64,000 nt of DNA, taken from IMG/VR virus record IMGVR_UViG_3300044922_000409, positions 1-64,000 of that record; one strand, 5' to 3'. The translations under genes and the position numbers were made by a program. The notes beneath the pieces are model-generated. The model was not told the DNA's origin and did no database searches. It worked only from the letters and a program-made list of their open reading frames with translations. Shown here in pieces: positions 18,962 to 26,860 of the stretch (position 1 is the stretch's first letter; every line of letters starts with the position of its first letter). The stretch comes from a virus.

Positions 18962-21900
18962 TTACGAATGTAATCTATCTTGTGATAAACTTCGAGTTGC
19001 GCTAATTTGTTTTTGGCTATTAGTACTAATTTTATCAGTATGTTGTGCCATTTCTATCATATGTTTATTTAACTGCATCAATGCATCATGAAGATCTTTT
19101 AACGTAATTTCTTTTACCATCATTGTTGCTGGTTGTTCTTGTGGTTTAGGCGGTACTACTGGTGTTTCCGGCGGTTTAACCTGTGATGCCATTGCCCGTT
19201 GCATATCTACAGGTGATAATTGCGCCTGCATAGTAGCCGGCGGTTTAATTTGAGACCGAGATTGTTTTAGTTCAGCATCTAATCTAGTATTAAACTCTTT
19301 AAATGTTTCAAGACCACCTACATGCGGAGTTGCTTTAACTTCAGCAGTTGCAGGTTCTTTTTTAATGTTTTCTTTCAAATTAGGATTAGGTTTATACATT
19401 CCTGAATTCTTCTGACGGTCAATCTCCTTATTTAATTCGCTATTTTCATCTGCTCTACGGGCAGCAATAGCTTCTGGAGTATTCATAGCTTTTAATCTAG
19501 CAGCATTTTCTGCAGGAGTTTCTTGTTTAACATCTTCATATTTTACATTTCCACTAGACGCTGCAGGTTTATTAGATGATTTAAACATTCCGGATATTGA
19601 TGAACCTAAATCTTCAAATACACTAGTAGCTTTTTCTTGAGAAACTTTGCCAGGAAACACTTGCGGTTCAATTGGTTTTTCTGGGGGTTTGGGAAGTTTT
19701 TTCTTTGCAGACTCCGGTCCATGTTCTGCCATAAATTTCTTTTCATCCAATAATGCCTGTGATACTTGTAAAGATTTATGTTCATCATCTTTTTTATTTT
19801 TAATAACTGCATTTTTAACAGATTCTTCGCCGTGTTCTTTTAATCTGCCTTTTATTTTAATTAAATCTTCTTCATATGATAGTGCAATCTTTGCAACTTC
19901 TTCTTTTTTCTTAGCTAGTCGTTCAGCTGCTTCAGCTGATGGTTTAGTATTTGCTGCTTTCATTTCTTCAAAATCAAAAGATGCATTTTCTAATGCTTCT
20001 CTTTTCTTCATTAATGCAGTGCTAGCAGCAGATGGCCCTAATTTTTTCTCGGCGGCTTTGCTAGATTCACTAAGATCCATTTGTGCCATACCAATTTTAG
20101 AAAGATCACCACTTTTTAATGCTTGATTAAACTTAGCCATATTAGTTAAGCTTTCATTAAGTTTTGATACATCTGGCATTTTAGGTGGTTCAACTGCAAT
20201 TTTTGGTTGTTGTTCTTTAACGGCAGTTGCTTCTCTTTCTTTTTTCTCGTTAGCTAGTGTTTCTTCACGTGCTTTCTTTTCTTTTTCTGCTTCTAATGCT
20301 GCTTTTGGCGCAAATTGTGCTTGTTGAGCTTTGACAATTGGAAGATCATGCATAGCATCTTCATCTTTGCGACCTTTAAGTTCAGCAATTTTGTCATTAA
20401 AGAATTTTAACTTACCTTCGCGTGCTTGTTTTTTAATAGTAGCAGTTAATTCCTCGCCAGTTTCTAACTCTTGCATCTCTGCATTTGTCATTTCATCACG
20501 AGCGTCTTTTAACCCAGATGCTGCAATAGGTTTTGCTGATAGTGTTTTTGGCTTCTCAATATCAACCGGTTTAAATTCAGGAACCTTTGTGCCTGGATTT
20601 ATTTTTTCTATTAAGGCGGTCATTTTGTCAGATGATGCCTTAAATGCAGTTTCAATAGCAGACATTGGTTTTTCAACTGGTTTTGCTGGTTCTATTACTT
20701 TAGGTAACGCAGAGTCGGCTTGATTTTTATATTTTGCTTGTGCTGCAGCGTCTACCTCTTTGATTCGTGCTTGTATTGTGTCGTTAATTGATTTTGCATC
20801 AGCATTTACTACTGCAGATTTAACTTCAGGTGGTTTAACTTCAGCAGGTTTAACTTCAGATTTAACTTCAGGTGGTTTAACTTCAGCAGGTTTAACTTCA
20901 GATTTAACTTCAGGTGGTTTAACTTCAGCAGGTTTAACTTCAGGTTTAACTTCAGGCGGTTTGGCTATTGCAGTAGCGTGTTTAACTATTTCATGCGGGT
21001 TAATTTTGTCAAAAGTTTTAGTTACTTGCTCATTAAATTTTGAAGTAATATCACTAAAATTAACAGCGGTAAGTTTTTCAGTAATCCTAGTTAATTCTTT
21101 AACTATGCCTTGCATTGATGCAGTAACACTTGCAAATGTCTTAGTAAGCTCATCAGGTGTGCCACCGGCTGTTTTTGTTTCAGCAGTTTTTGATTCGTCA
21201 ACAACAGGAGATGCAGTATCTACAGTAGGTGCAGCCGGTGCAACTGCTTTTATATCAGCAGTATCAGTTGCAGGAGGTGCAGCCGAACCAGCTTTTTTAT
21301 TCATGTTAGTTAACAAATCCGTTGGTATTAATTTTTCAACATATCGACGCATCTGTGATTCAGTTGCAACTAACTCATTTCCATGTAGCTCTGCCGGAGA
21401 ACCTTTAGGATCAAAGTTTTCAAACATATCTTTGAATCCGCCATTACCGTTTAAGAAATTTTCAAATGTAGGTGATCCAGATGCACGGTGTGCAGGTGTA
21501 ACCGGAGCTGCCATTTCTTCTGGTGTAGTTTTCTTGTTAGATGCAGGTGATGCAGCATACGCTTGTTCTAATGTTTTTGAAAGGTGTTCGCTTGGAACCG
21601 AAAGAGCACCTGCTATTGTATTTTTAATACCGCCTTCTTCTTGTGTTCTAGGTCTTAAAATATCAGCTAATGCGTCTTGTTTTCCAATTAACCTGCCAGT
21701 TGATTCAGATAGTTTTCCAAAATCAGTAGCAACGCCGGCGGTTGCATCCTTAAATGATCGATTAACTTCGTTTATTGTAGTGCCGAGTTTAGATTGATCG
21801 CCAAAATCATGACCTTCTGCATTTTTACCAGCCATATTTTGTTGAACTTCTTTAGTCTGGCCTGCACGCGCTTCTTCCATTCCTATATTGCCGCGAGTTG

Positions 21901-23089
21901 CATTATATACTTCTTGTTTCTTTGCTAATGCTGCTCCTAATTCAAGGTTTCCAGTTAGTCCTGCACGAGTTTGATCTGCAAATCCACCTACTGCAACTCT
22001 AGCAGTATCTAAAAATTGTTTAGAATGCATTTGCTCGTCAACTGCGGCATGTGCTTTATCTAATGCAATTTTAGCATCTTGTTTTTGTTGGTCAGTAGAT
22101 GCAGCCATTTGTAAACGCACTGCTTTTTCTAATTCAACGCCGGCTGTACCCAACGATGCCATTTTATCAGCACCTTCTTTTGTACGAATACCGCCTGACA
22201 TAATTTCGTCTGCTACATCTTGTACAACAGGACCTAATGATCGTAAATTAACCTGCATATCTTGATACTGATTAAACTTATCTTGATCCATTTCCATTAA
22301 GGTTGCTTGGATTGTTGCATTTTTAGTTCTAGCAGCTAAGTCATCAACTTGTGCTTGTCTACTTAAACCAGTGATACGAGTAGTTTCTTCCATAGCAGCT
22401 GTTAAATTAATAGCTGCTTCAACTGCTTCTTTTTGTGCTTTTACAGTAGATAAATCTAATCCTTTGCGGTTAGCTGCTGATGATAGAGCAACTTGGCTAA
22501 CTTCATCTGCAGATAACCCCATCTTCTTAAGTTGATTAACAACTCCGGATTCTTGTAACTGTTTATCCATTTCAAGCCAATTAGCTTGACTACGATTAAT
22601 AGTAGATCCAACGCCACTTAATGCGCTAGCACCTTCTTTCATCATACGATTGTATTCGTCTTGGGTCATACGAGCGCCGGTAATTGCTCGATTGTATTCC
22701 CCTAGGTTGTTATTCCAATTAGCACCAACTTTGCCGGCTTCGTTCATGTTATCGTTGGTCTTAATAAGAGCACCGCCGAGATCTTGTGTAATTGCACCTA
22801 GTGATTTACCAATTCCCGGAACTGCAGCCGCTAGTATGTTGCTAAACATAGTAACTGCATTGCCGGCATTCATCGAGCCTTCAGCTAACTTAACAAATCC
22901 ATTTGAAATTCCACTAATCGCAGAGTTAATTTTATTAGCAGAATCACCGCCCATGCTGCCGCTGCTACTTCCACTACTGCTGCCGCTACTTCCTCCACCG
23001 CCCAGGCCTCCAGGACTACGAGCTAATTGTCCAAGCAATCTGTTAGTTTCTGTTACTTGGGCTAGTGTTTGTTCTTCAATTGATGCCAT
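18962..23089 (-). CDS. Tape-measure-like protein with a long low-complexity P/E/K/A-rich central region
   Basis: 1375 aa. Helical A/G/Q-rich N-terminal ~500 aa, ELHGNELV motif, C-terminal LKDLHDALMQLN...KQISATRSL. Divergent from the gp26-like chaperone gene. Confidence 0.7.
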   Translation of the reverse strand: MASIEEQTLAQVTETNRLLGQLARSPGGLGGGGSSGSSSGSSSGSMGGDSANKINSAISGISNGFVKLAEGSMNAGNAVTMFSNILAAAVPGIGKSLGAITQDLGGALIKTNDNMNEAGKVGANWNNNLGEYNRAITGARMTQDEYNRMMKEGASALSGVGSTINRSQANWLEMDKQLQESGVVNQLKKMGLSADEVSQVALSSAANRKGLDLSTVKAQKEAVEAAINLTAAMEETTRITGLSRQAQVDDLAARTKNATIQATLMEMDQDKFNQYQDMQVNLRSLGPVVQDVADEIMSGGIRTKEGADKMASLGTAGVELEKAVRLQMAASTDQQKQDAKIALDKAHAAVDEQMHSKQFLDTARVAVGGFADQTRAGLTGNLELGAALAKKQEVYNATRGNIGMEEARAGQTKEVQQNMAGKNAEGHDFGDQSKLGTTINEVNRSFKDATAGVATDFGKLSESTGRLIGKQDALADILRPRTQEEGGIKNTIAGALSVPSEHLSKTLEQAYAASPASNKKTTPEEMAAPVTPAHRASGSPTFENFLNGNGGFKDMFENFDPKGSPAELHGNELVATESQMRRYVEKLIPTDLLTNMNKKAGSAAPPATDTADIKAVAPAAPTVDTASPVVDESKTAETKTAGGTPDELTKTFASVTASMQGIVKELTRITEKLTAVNFSDITSKFNEQVTKTFDKINPHEIVKHATAIAKPPEVKPEVKPAEVKPPEVKSEVKPAEVKPPEVKSEVKPAEVKPPEVKSAVVNADAKSINDTIQARIKEVDAAAQAKYKNQADSALPKVIEPAKPVEKPMSAIETAFKASSDKMTALIEKINPGTKVPEFKPVDIEKPKTLSAKPIAASGLKDARDEMTNAEMQELETGEELTATIKKQAREGKLKFFNDKIAELKGRKDEDAMHDLPIVKAQQAQFAPKAALEAEKEKKAREETLANEKKEREATAVKEQQPKIAVEPPKMPDVSKLNESLTNMAKFNQALKSGDLSKIGMAQMDLSESSKAAEKKLGPSAASTALMKKREALENASFDFEEMKAANTKPSAEAAERLAKKKEEVAKIALSYEEDLIKIKGRLKEHGEESVKNAVIKNKKDDEHKSLQVSQALLDEKKFMAEHGPESAKKKLPKPPEKPIEPQVFPGKVSQEKATSVFEDLGSSISGMFKSSNKPAASSGNVKYEDVKQETPAENAARLKAMNTPEAIAARRADENSELNKEIDRQKNSGMYKPNPNLKENIKKEPATAEVKATPHVGGLETFKEFNTRLDAELKQSRSQIKPPATMQAQLSPVDMQRAMASQVKPPETPVVPPKPQEQPATMMVKEITLKDLHDALMQLNKHMIEMAQHTDKISTNSQKQISATRSLSQDRLHS
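20819..20962. repeat. Coding tandem repeat: 10 copies of TTTAACTTCAG in a 15+15+12 = 42-bp higher-order unit, encoding (PPEVK-SEVK-PAEVK)n
   Basis: Read directly from the sequence. Protein segment KPPEVKPEVKPAEVKPPEVKSEVKPAEVKPPEVKSEVKPAEVKPPEVK. Confidence 0.95.
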
Positions 23090-23114
23090 AAAAAAATCCC
23101 TAAAAGTTTGTATA

Positions 23115-23139
23115 TATAAATACGGTTAATATATTTATC
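23115..23139. promoter_or_regulatory. Overlapping opposed late promoters for the chaperone (TATAAATA, +, 23115-23122) and the tape-measure gene (GATAAATA, -, 23132-23139)
   Basis: tataaatacggttaatatatttatc in the 61-bp gap between the two divergent genes. Confidence 0.75.
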
Positions 23140-23150
23140 CGGAGTTATAT

Positions 23151-23978
23151 ATGGCGAAGAACCCTTTAATCGATTATTTTAGACAACCAAAAATTTATAT
23201 TTCATTACCTTCAAAAGGAATGTATAATAAATTAGGGTCACTCAACGGTGATGCTACAAACATTCCAATTTACGGAATGACAGGCATGGATGAAATAATA
23301 ATGAAAACCCCTGATTCAATGTTATCAGGTGAGAGTACAGTTAAAATTTTTGAAAGTTGCTGTCCTGCAATTAAAGATGGCTGGGAAGTAACTGCATTAG
23401 ACACTGATGTATTATTAACTGCAATTCGAATTGCAACATACAGCAATATTATGGCAATTACACATACTTGCCCAAAATGCAGTGCTGAAAATGATTATGA
23501 TGTTGATCTAAGTACAGTAATTGAACATTTTGCAAAATGCGAATATCAAAATACAATAGAATTACCTGGATTACAATTAAAATTACAACCATTAACTTAT
23601 AAACAATCCACTGAATTTTCAATTCGTAATTTCCAATTACAACAACGATTATCAGCTTCGTATAAAATAGAAGATGCAGAACTACAAAATCAAGAAGTAG
23701 CAACAGTATTTGTTGAATTAGGACATATTCAAAATGATATGTATGCAGCAAGTATCGAATCAATTGATATCGGCACCGTAGTTGTAACTGAAAAACATTT
23801 TATCATTGAATGGCTAAAAAATTGTGATAAATCAGTGTTTGATACTATTCGTGAGCAGTTTGCAATTAACAAAGATTTATGGAAAATTCCAAATGTAAAC
23901 GTTAAGTGCGGTAGTTGTGATAAGGATTCGTCTGTTGCTATTGATTTAGATCAGACAAATTTTTTCGCTCCAGCCTAA
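23151..23978 (+). CDS. gp26: Baseplate hub/tail assembly chaperone, T4 gp26-like
   Basis: 275 aa. Motifs YFRQPKIYISLPSKG, MTGMDEIIMKTPD, LLTAIRIATY, CPKC and CGSC pairs, C-terminal DQTNFF. GGAG site. Confidence 0.8.
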   Translation: MAKNPLIDYFRQPKIYISLPSKGMYNKLGSLNGDATNIPIYGMTGMDEIIMKTPDSMLSGESTVKIFESCCPAIKDGWEVTALDTDVLLTAIRIATYSNIMAITHTCPKCSAENDYDVDLSTVIEHFAKCEYQNTIELPGLQLKLQPLTYKQSTEFSIRNFQLQQRLSASYKIEDAELQNQEVATVFVELGHIQNDMYAASIESIDIGTVVVTEKHFIIEWLKNCDKSVFDTIREQFAINKDLWKIPNVNVKCGSCDKDSSVAIDLDQTNFFAPA

Positions 23979-24021
23979 TTGGATTATCTAGGTCACAAGC
24001 TGGAGATGTTCTAATTAGGCT
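23960..24021 (+). other. Putative -1 programmed ribosomal frameshift signal (slippery T TTT TTC plus 3' hairpin)
   Basis: In-frame AAT-TTT-TTC at 23958-23966. A 12-bp stem (23972-23983/24010-24021, one G-U) starts 5 nt downstream. The -1 frame is open to 24199. Confidence 0.7.
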
Positions 24022-24199
24022 AGACGATGAAGTAATGGCATTTAAACGCGAGCTTTATAGATTATGTTGGTATATGCGAGGTGGTGTATCAATTAACGAT
24101 CTCCTATACAACTTATCATATGAAGATCGTAATGCGATGTATTCAGTAGTTAAAGAAAATATTGAATTAACAAAGACGTCAAGGATGCCGTTACTTTAA
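23960..24199 (+). CDS. gp51-like C-terminal extension in the -1 frame of gp26 (not in the ORF track)
   Basis: FFRSSLIGLSRSQAGDVLIRLDDEVMAFKRELYRLCWYMRGGVSINDLLYNLSYEDRNAMYSVVKENIELTKTSRMPLL*. The frame is closed by TGA at 23942 just upstream of the slippery site; the first ATG is at 24035 with a weak ribosome-binding site. Confidence 0.75.
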   Translation, partial: FFRSSLIGLSRSQAGDVLIRLDDEVMAFKRELYRLCWYMRGGVSINDLLYNLSYEDRNAMYSVVKENIELTKTSRMPLL

Positions 24200-25113
24200 T
24201 CGGAATCTGCATATTTTAATACAAGATCACCTTGTTTATTTCGTTTAAAACGATCAGGGGTATATCCTTGTGCTTTATCTGACGCTTGTTGAGCAGCTAT
24301 ATCAGCAGGGTTTGTTGATGGTTTAGCAGTAGCAGTAGCATCAACTGGTTTATTAGTTGTTGCTGTTGCATTAGCAGGTTTTTCTGTTGCAGTAGGTTTA
24401 GTAGCTGTTGCGTCTATAGGTTTATCAATTGTAGCAGCTTGATCAGCAGGTTTTTCTGTTGTAGCTGCTGCATCAGCAGGTTTTTTAGTTGGCTCACCTG
24501 TTGCAATGCTGTCAGCTTCTGCAATTGCATCTTGCACCATTTTACTAAATTGGTCAACTGCTTGATTAGCTAATGCACCGACATCTTTAACACCGTTAAT
24601 TGTTCCAAATGTTAGAAATTTAGAAAGCATTATTCTGCCTTCTTCTGACGCAATTTTCTGAAACACGTATGTTTGTGCACCTGCAGATAATAAATTAATT
24701 GTATTTGCAATAACTGGCCCAACACCGGGAATAATTCGTATAAATCCAAGCAATGAGCTGATAGATCCAAATACTATTTTTGTTACTAATGCTGAGGCTA
24801 AAGATGAAATTAGCAAACCCATTTGGATATTATGTTCTTCGTTATAATCCATTTGAGCTTCTTTTGAATTTTTTGATTGTTTTAAAACATCGTTAGCATT
24901 TGACATATTTGTAAAATATGTATAAAACGGTTTAAGTAAGAAAAATAAGCCAGCTGCTTTTAATAATTTTAATGCCGCATTTGCAGCTGTAGAGAAGAAG
25001 CCCTCTTGCAATGGCTTAGACGTAGTAGCAGATGCAATTTCTGATAGTTTTCGTAGTTCTTGATGAATGAGATATTCATTCGGTGTTTTAGCAGTAATCT
25101 CGTATATTTTCAT
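24196..25113 (-). CDS. Hypothetical late protein with hydrophobic segments and a KPxDAxAT low-complexity tail; possibly an internal/ejected virion protein
   Basis: 305 aa with MKIYEI start, hydrophobic stretches (AALKLLKAAGLFFLL, GLLISSLASALVTKIVFGSISSLLGFIRIIPGVG), AATAAATA at 25160-25167 and an AGGA site. Confidence 0.7.
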   Translation of the reverse strand: MKIYEITAKTPNEYLIHQELRKLSEIASATTSKPLQEGFFSTAANAALKLLKAAGLFFLLKPFYTYFTNMSNANDVLKQSKNSKEAQMDYNEEHNIQMGLLISSLASALVTKIVFGSISSLLGFIRIIPGVGPVIANTINLLSAGAQTYVFQKIASEEGRIMLSKFLTFGTINGVKDVGALANQAVDQFSKMVQDAIAEADSIATGEPTKKPADAAATTEKPADQAATIDKPIDATATKPTATEKPANATATTNKPVDATATAKPSTNPADIAAQQASDKAQGYTPDRFKRNKQGDLVLKYADSD

Positions 25114-25187
25114 TTATAATCCTGTTTGATAGATCGTACTATCCCTTAATTGTTATTCATATTTATTAAAAAATAATAATCATCTTA

Positions 25188-25230
25188 AGATGAACTAGCG
25201 TTCATCTGTATTTCGTTATCACTCAATACA
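25188..25230. repeat. Two adjacent inverted repeats
   Basis: AGATGAAC-TAGC-GTTCATCT (25188-25207) and TGTATT-N12-AATACA (25207-25230). Confidence 0.75.
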
Positions 25231-25239
25231 TTTTTATAG

Positions 25240-25320
25240 AAGAAACAAAATATAAATTAATATTTAAATATGAAATAATAATTTAAATATGAATTAATAA
25301 TTTATTTAATAATAAAAAGA
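25240..25320. repeat. Extremely AT-rich tract with a duplicated 13-mer ATTTAAATATGAA (25262-25274, 25281-25293); candidate DNA-unwinding element
   Basis: Read directly; almost no G/C over ~80 bp. Confidence 0.6.
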
Positions 25321-25324
25321 TAGA

Positions 25325-25762
25325 TATCACTTTGGAGTCAGATGCACCCTAATAAAACTGGATGCAAGAAATCACCCCATCGCCATGGAATTGCAGTAAG
25401 AATTTAATGACTGTAGACTCTCGCTATTGGCTACCTCCCAACCAACACTTACAGGTATTTTTAAGATATAACTTTCAGGTGCTTTGTATATCATTACGAA
25501 ATTGTTACTATGTCTAGTATTCTACAGATTCTACGGACTCAGCATGCGAGCTTTTTGTCCACCATTCCGATTAAACAAAGCATTGACACCAATGGGGTGT
25601 TGCTTTAAGGCATCCTTATTGCGTTAAGGGTAGTGTTTAAAAGTCGCTATGCAATTAGCGATTTGAACAGCGGTTCACACATCAGGAACTTATCCAGCAG
25701 TATTATTATTCCGGCCTGCTAACCTTATGTTGCATTATATATTAAGTGTTTTGTGTGTTCTG
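25325..25762 (-). ncRNA. Putative large structured non-coding RNA (~430 nt), family not recognised
   Basis: No ORF in the track. At least 7 local hairpins plus long-range pairings. Several stems need G-U pairs that exist only on the minus strand. Perfect TATAAATA immediately upstream. Confidence 0.65.
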
Positions 25763-25767
25763 TCTGA

Positions 25768-25775
25768 TATTTATA
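25768..25775 (-). promoter_or_regulatory. Perfect T4 late promoter TATAAATA pointing into the non-coding region
   Basis: tatttata on the plus strand; no tracked ORF for more than 600 nt downstream. Confidence 0.7.
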
Positions 25776-25805
25776 ATTGTGTTGTTAAGCAACCCGCAGA
25801 AGTGA

Positions 25806-26225
25806 TTAACCTTTACGAGCAGCTAATTCTGCAAGATCATTTGCACGTTCATTACCTGGATTACCTGCATGAGCTTTAACCCATTGCCAATCTATAGTAT
25901 GTGCAGCAGCAACAGTTTCTAATTTAAGCCAAAGATCACGATTTAAGTAATCAGTACGACCTTTCTTTTTCCAATTAGGAAACCATTGTGTAAAACCGTC
26001 AACGAGATATTTTGAATCAGAATAAATTCTAACTTTACATGGTCTTGTTAATCTAGAAAGTGCTTCAATAGCAGCTTGCATTTCCATGCGGTTGTTAGTA
26101 GTTTTTGGTTCTGTTCCAGAAAATTCTTTTATAACGTCTTTGTATTGCATAGTTATTCCCCATCCGCCTTTGCCTGGATTAGGTACGCATGCGCCGTCTG
26201 TATAAATTATTACAAGTTCTTCCAT
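25806..26225 (-). CDS. rnhA: Ribonuclease HI (bacterial type)
   Basis: Motifs YTDGAC.PNPGKGGWG, TTNNRME, SDSKY, NRDLW and WVKAHAGNPGNERA align by eye with E. coli RNase HI D10/E48/D70/H124. Confidence 0.96.
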   Translation of the reverse strand: MEELVIIYTDGACVPNPGKGGWGITMQYKDVIKEFSGTEPKTTNNRMEMQAAIEALSRLTRPCKVRIYSDSKYLVDGFTQWFPNWKKKGRTDYLNRDLWLKLETVAAAHTIDWQWVKAHAGNPGNERANDLAELAARKG

Positions 26226-26305
26226 AGTGTTTTGTGTTAGATTATATTGTGTTTAGTTCTTAAACAAATATTTATCTGAACAACTTCTCCACCTTGTTAG
26301 AAACG

Positions 26306-26334
26306 ATTATACAGTAATAGTATAAGGATGTCAA
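26306..26334 (-). promoter_or_regulatory. Perfect-consensus sigma70 promoter upstream of RNase HI
   Basis: TTGACA (26334-26329), 17 nt, TATAAT (26311-26306). Confidence 0.9.
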
Positions 26335-26338
26335 CTGA

Positions 26339-26860
26339 TCATTTTGCCAAACATAAAGTCTTAACAGCTTCATTGTTTGCATTCCAAAAAGAATCGTAAT
26401 CTGTAAACACCCATTTACCGTTCTTTTTGGAATGATAGTCTACACTTTTTTGTAGTTTGAATTTTTTAATATGTTTATGTTCAAATGCAACATACGAGCC
26501 TTTGCGATTAAACTTCATCATAATGATATTAAAATCATCTGTATCAGCAACTTCTAAAGTTTGCTCAATCCAAGTATCTAAAATCTTAATTTCACCTGCA
26601 GTAAACAATTGATGAAATGGAAAATCAGCATAGGATTTACATTCGGCATTAAAATGTTTCCAATTTAATGGCGGTACAATATCACCCTTCATAGCACGAA
26701 TTTGTCCTTCATGTAAGAAGTCTTTACGCACTGCATTCTTACCTCCGATATAAGCACCGCTGCCTGGTACCCTCATAAAATGACTTCCATATAAAGAGCT
26801 TAAATGTTTTGATACGGTGTTTTCCCAACTGTTCCCTTTTGATTTGCTCTTACTCGGCAT
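26339..26860 (-). CDS. PD-(D/E)xK nuclease, Holliday-junction-resolvase-like
   Basis: Motifs SKSKGNSWE, RVPGSGA, GDIV and AECKSY, in the recombination operon. Confidence 0.75.
   Translation of the reverse strand: MPSKSKSKGNSWENTVSKHLSSLYGSHFMRVPGSGAYIGGKNAVRKDFLHEGQIRAMKGDIVPPLNWKHFNAECKSYADFPFHQLFTAGEIKILDTWIEQTLEVADTDDFNIIMMKFNRKGSYVAFEHKHIKKFKLQKSVDYHSKKNGKWVFTDYDSFWNANNEAVKTLCLAK

Noticed and set aside
20819-20962. Short repeats resembling a CRISPR array
   Set aside because: No unique spacers; the 12/15-bp in-frame units encode protein, and there are no cas genes.
19647-23129. Plus-strand ORFs up to 345 aa, including LTSGG/LTSAG repeats
   Set aside because: Reverse-frame read-through of the tape-measure-like gene and its PEVK repeat.
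25325-25762. tmRNA, RNase P RNA, tRNA or group I/II intron identity for the non-coding region
   Set aside because: No tRNA-like ends, no GAGGAAAGUCC, only partial resemblance to group I R/S elements (on different strands), and no interrupted gene around it.
25325-26225. Retron (msr-msd plus RNase H)
   Set aside because: No reverse transcriptase in the window and no long a1/a2 terminal inverted repeats. It could be reconsidered if an RT is found elsewhere in the genome.
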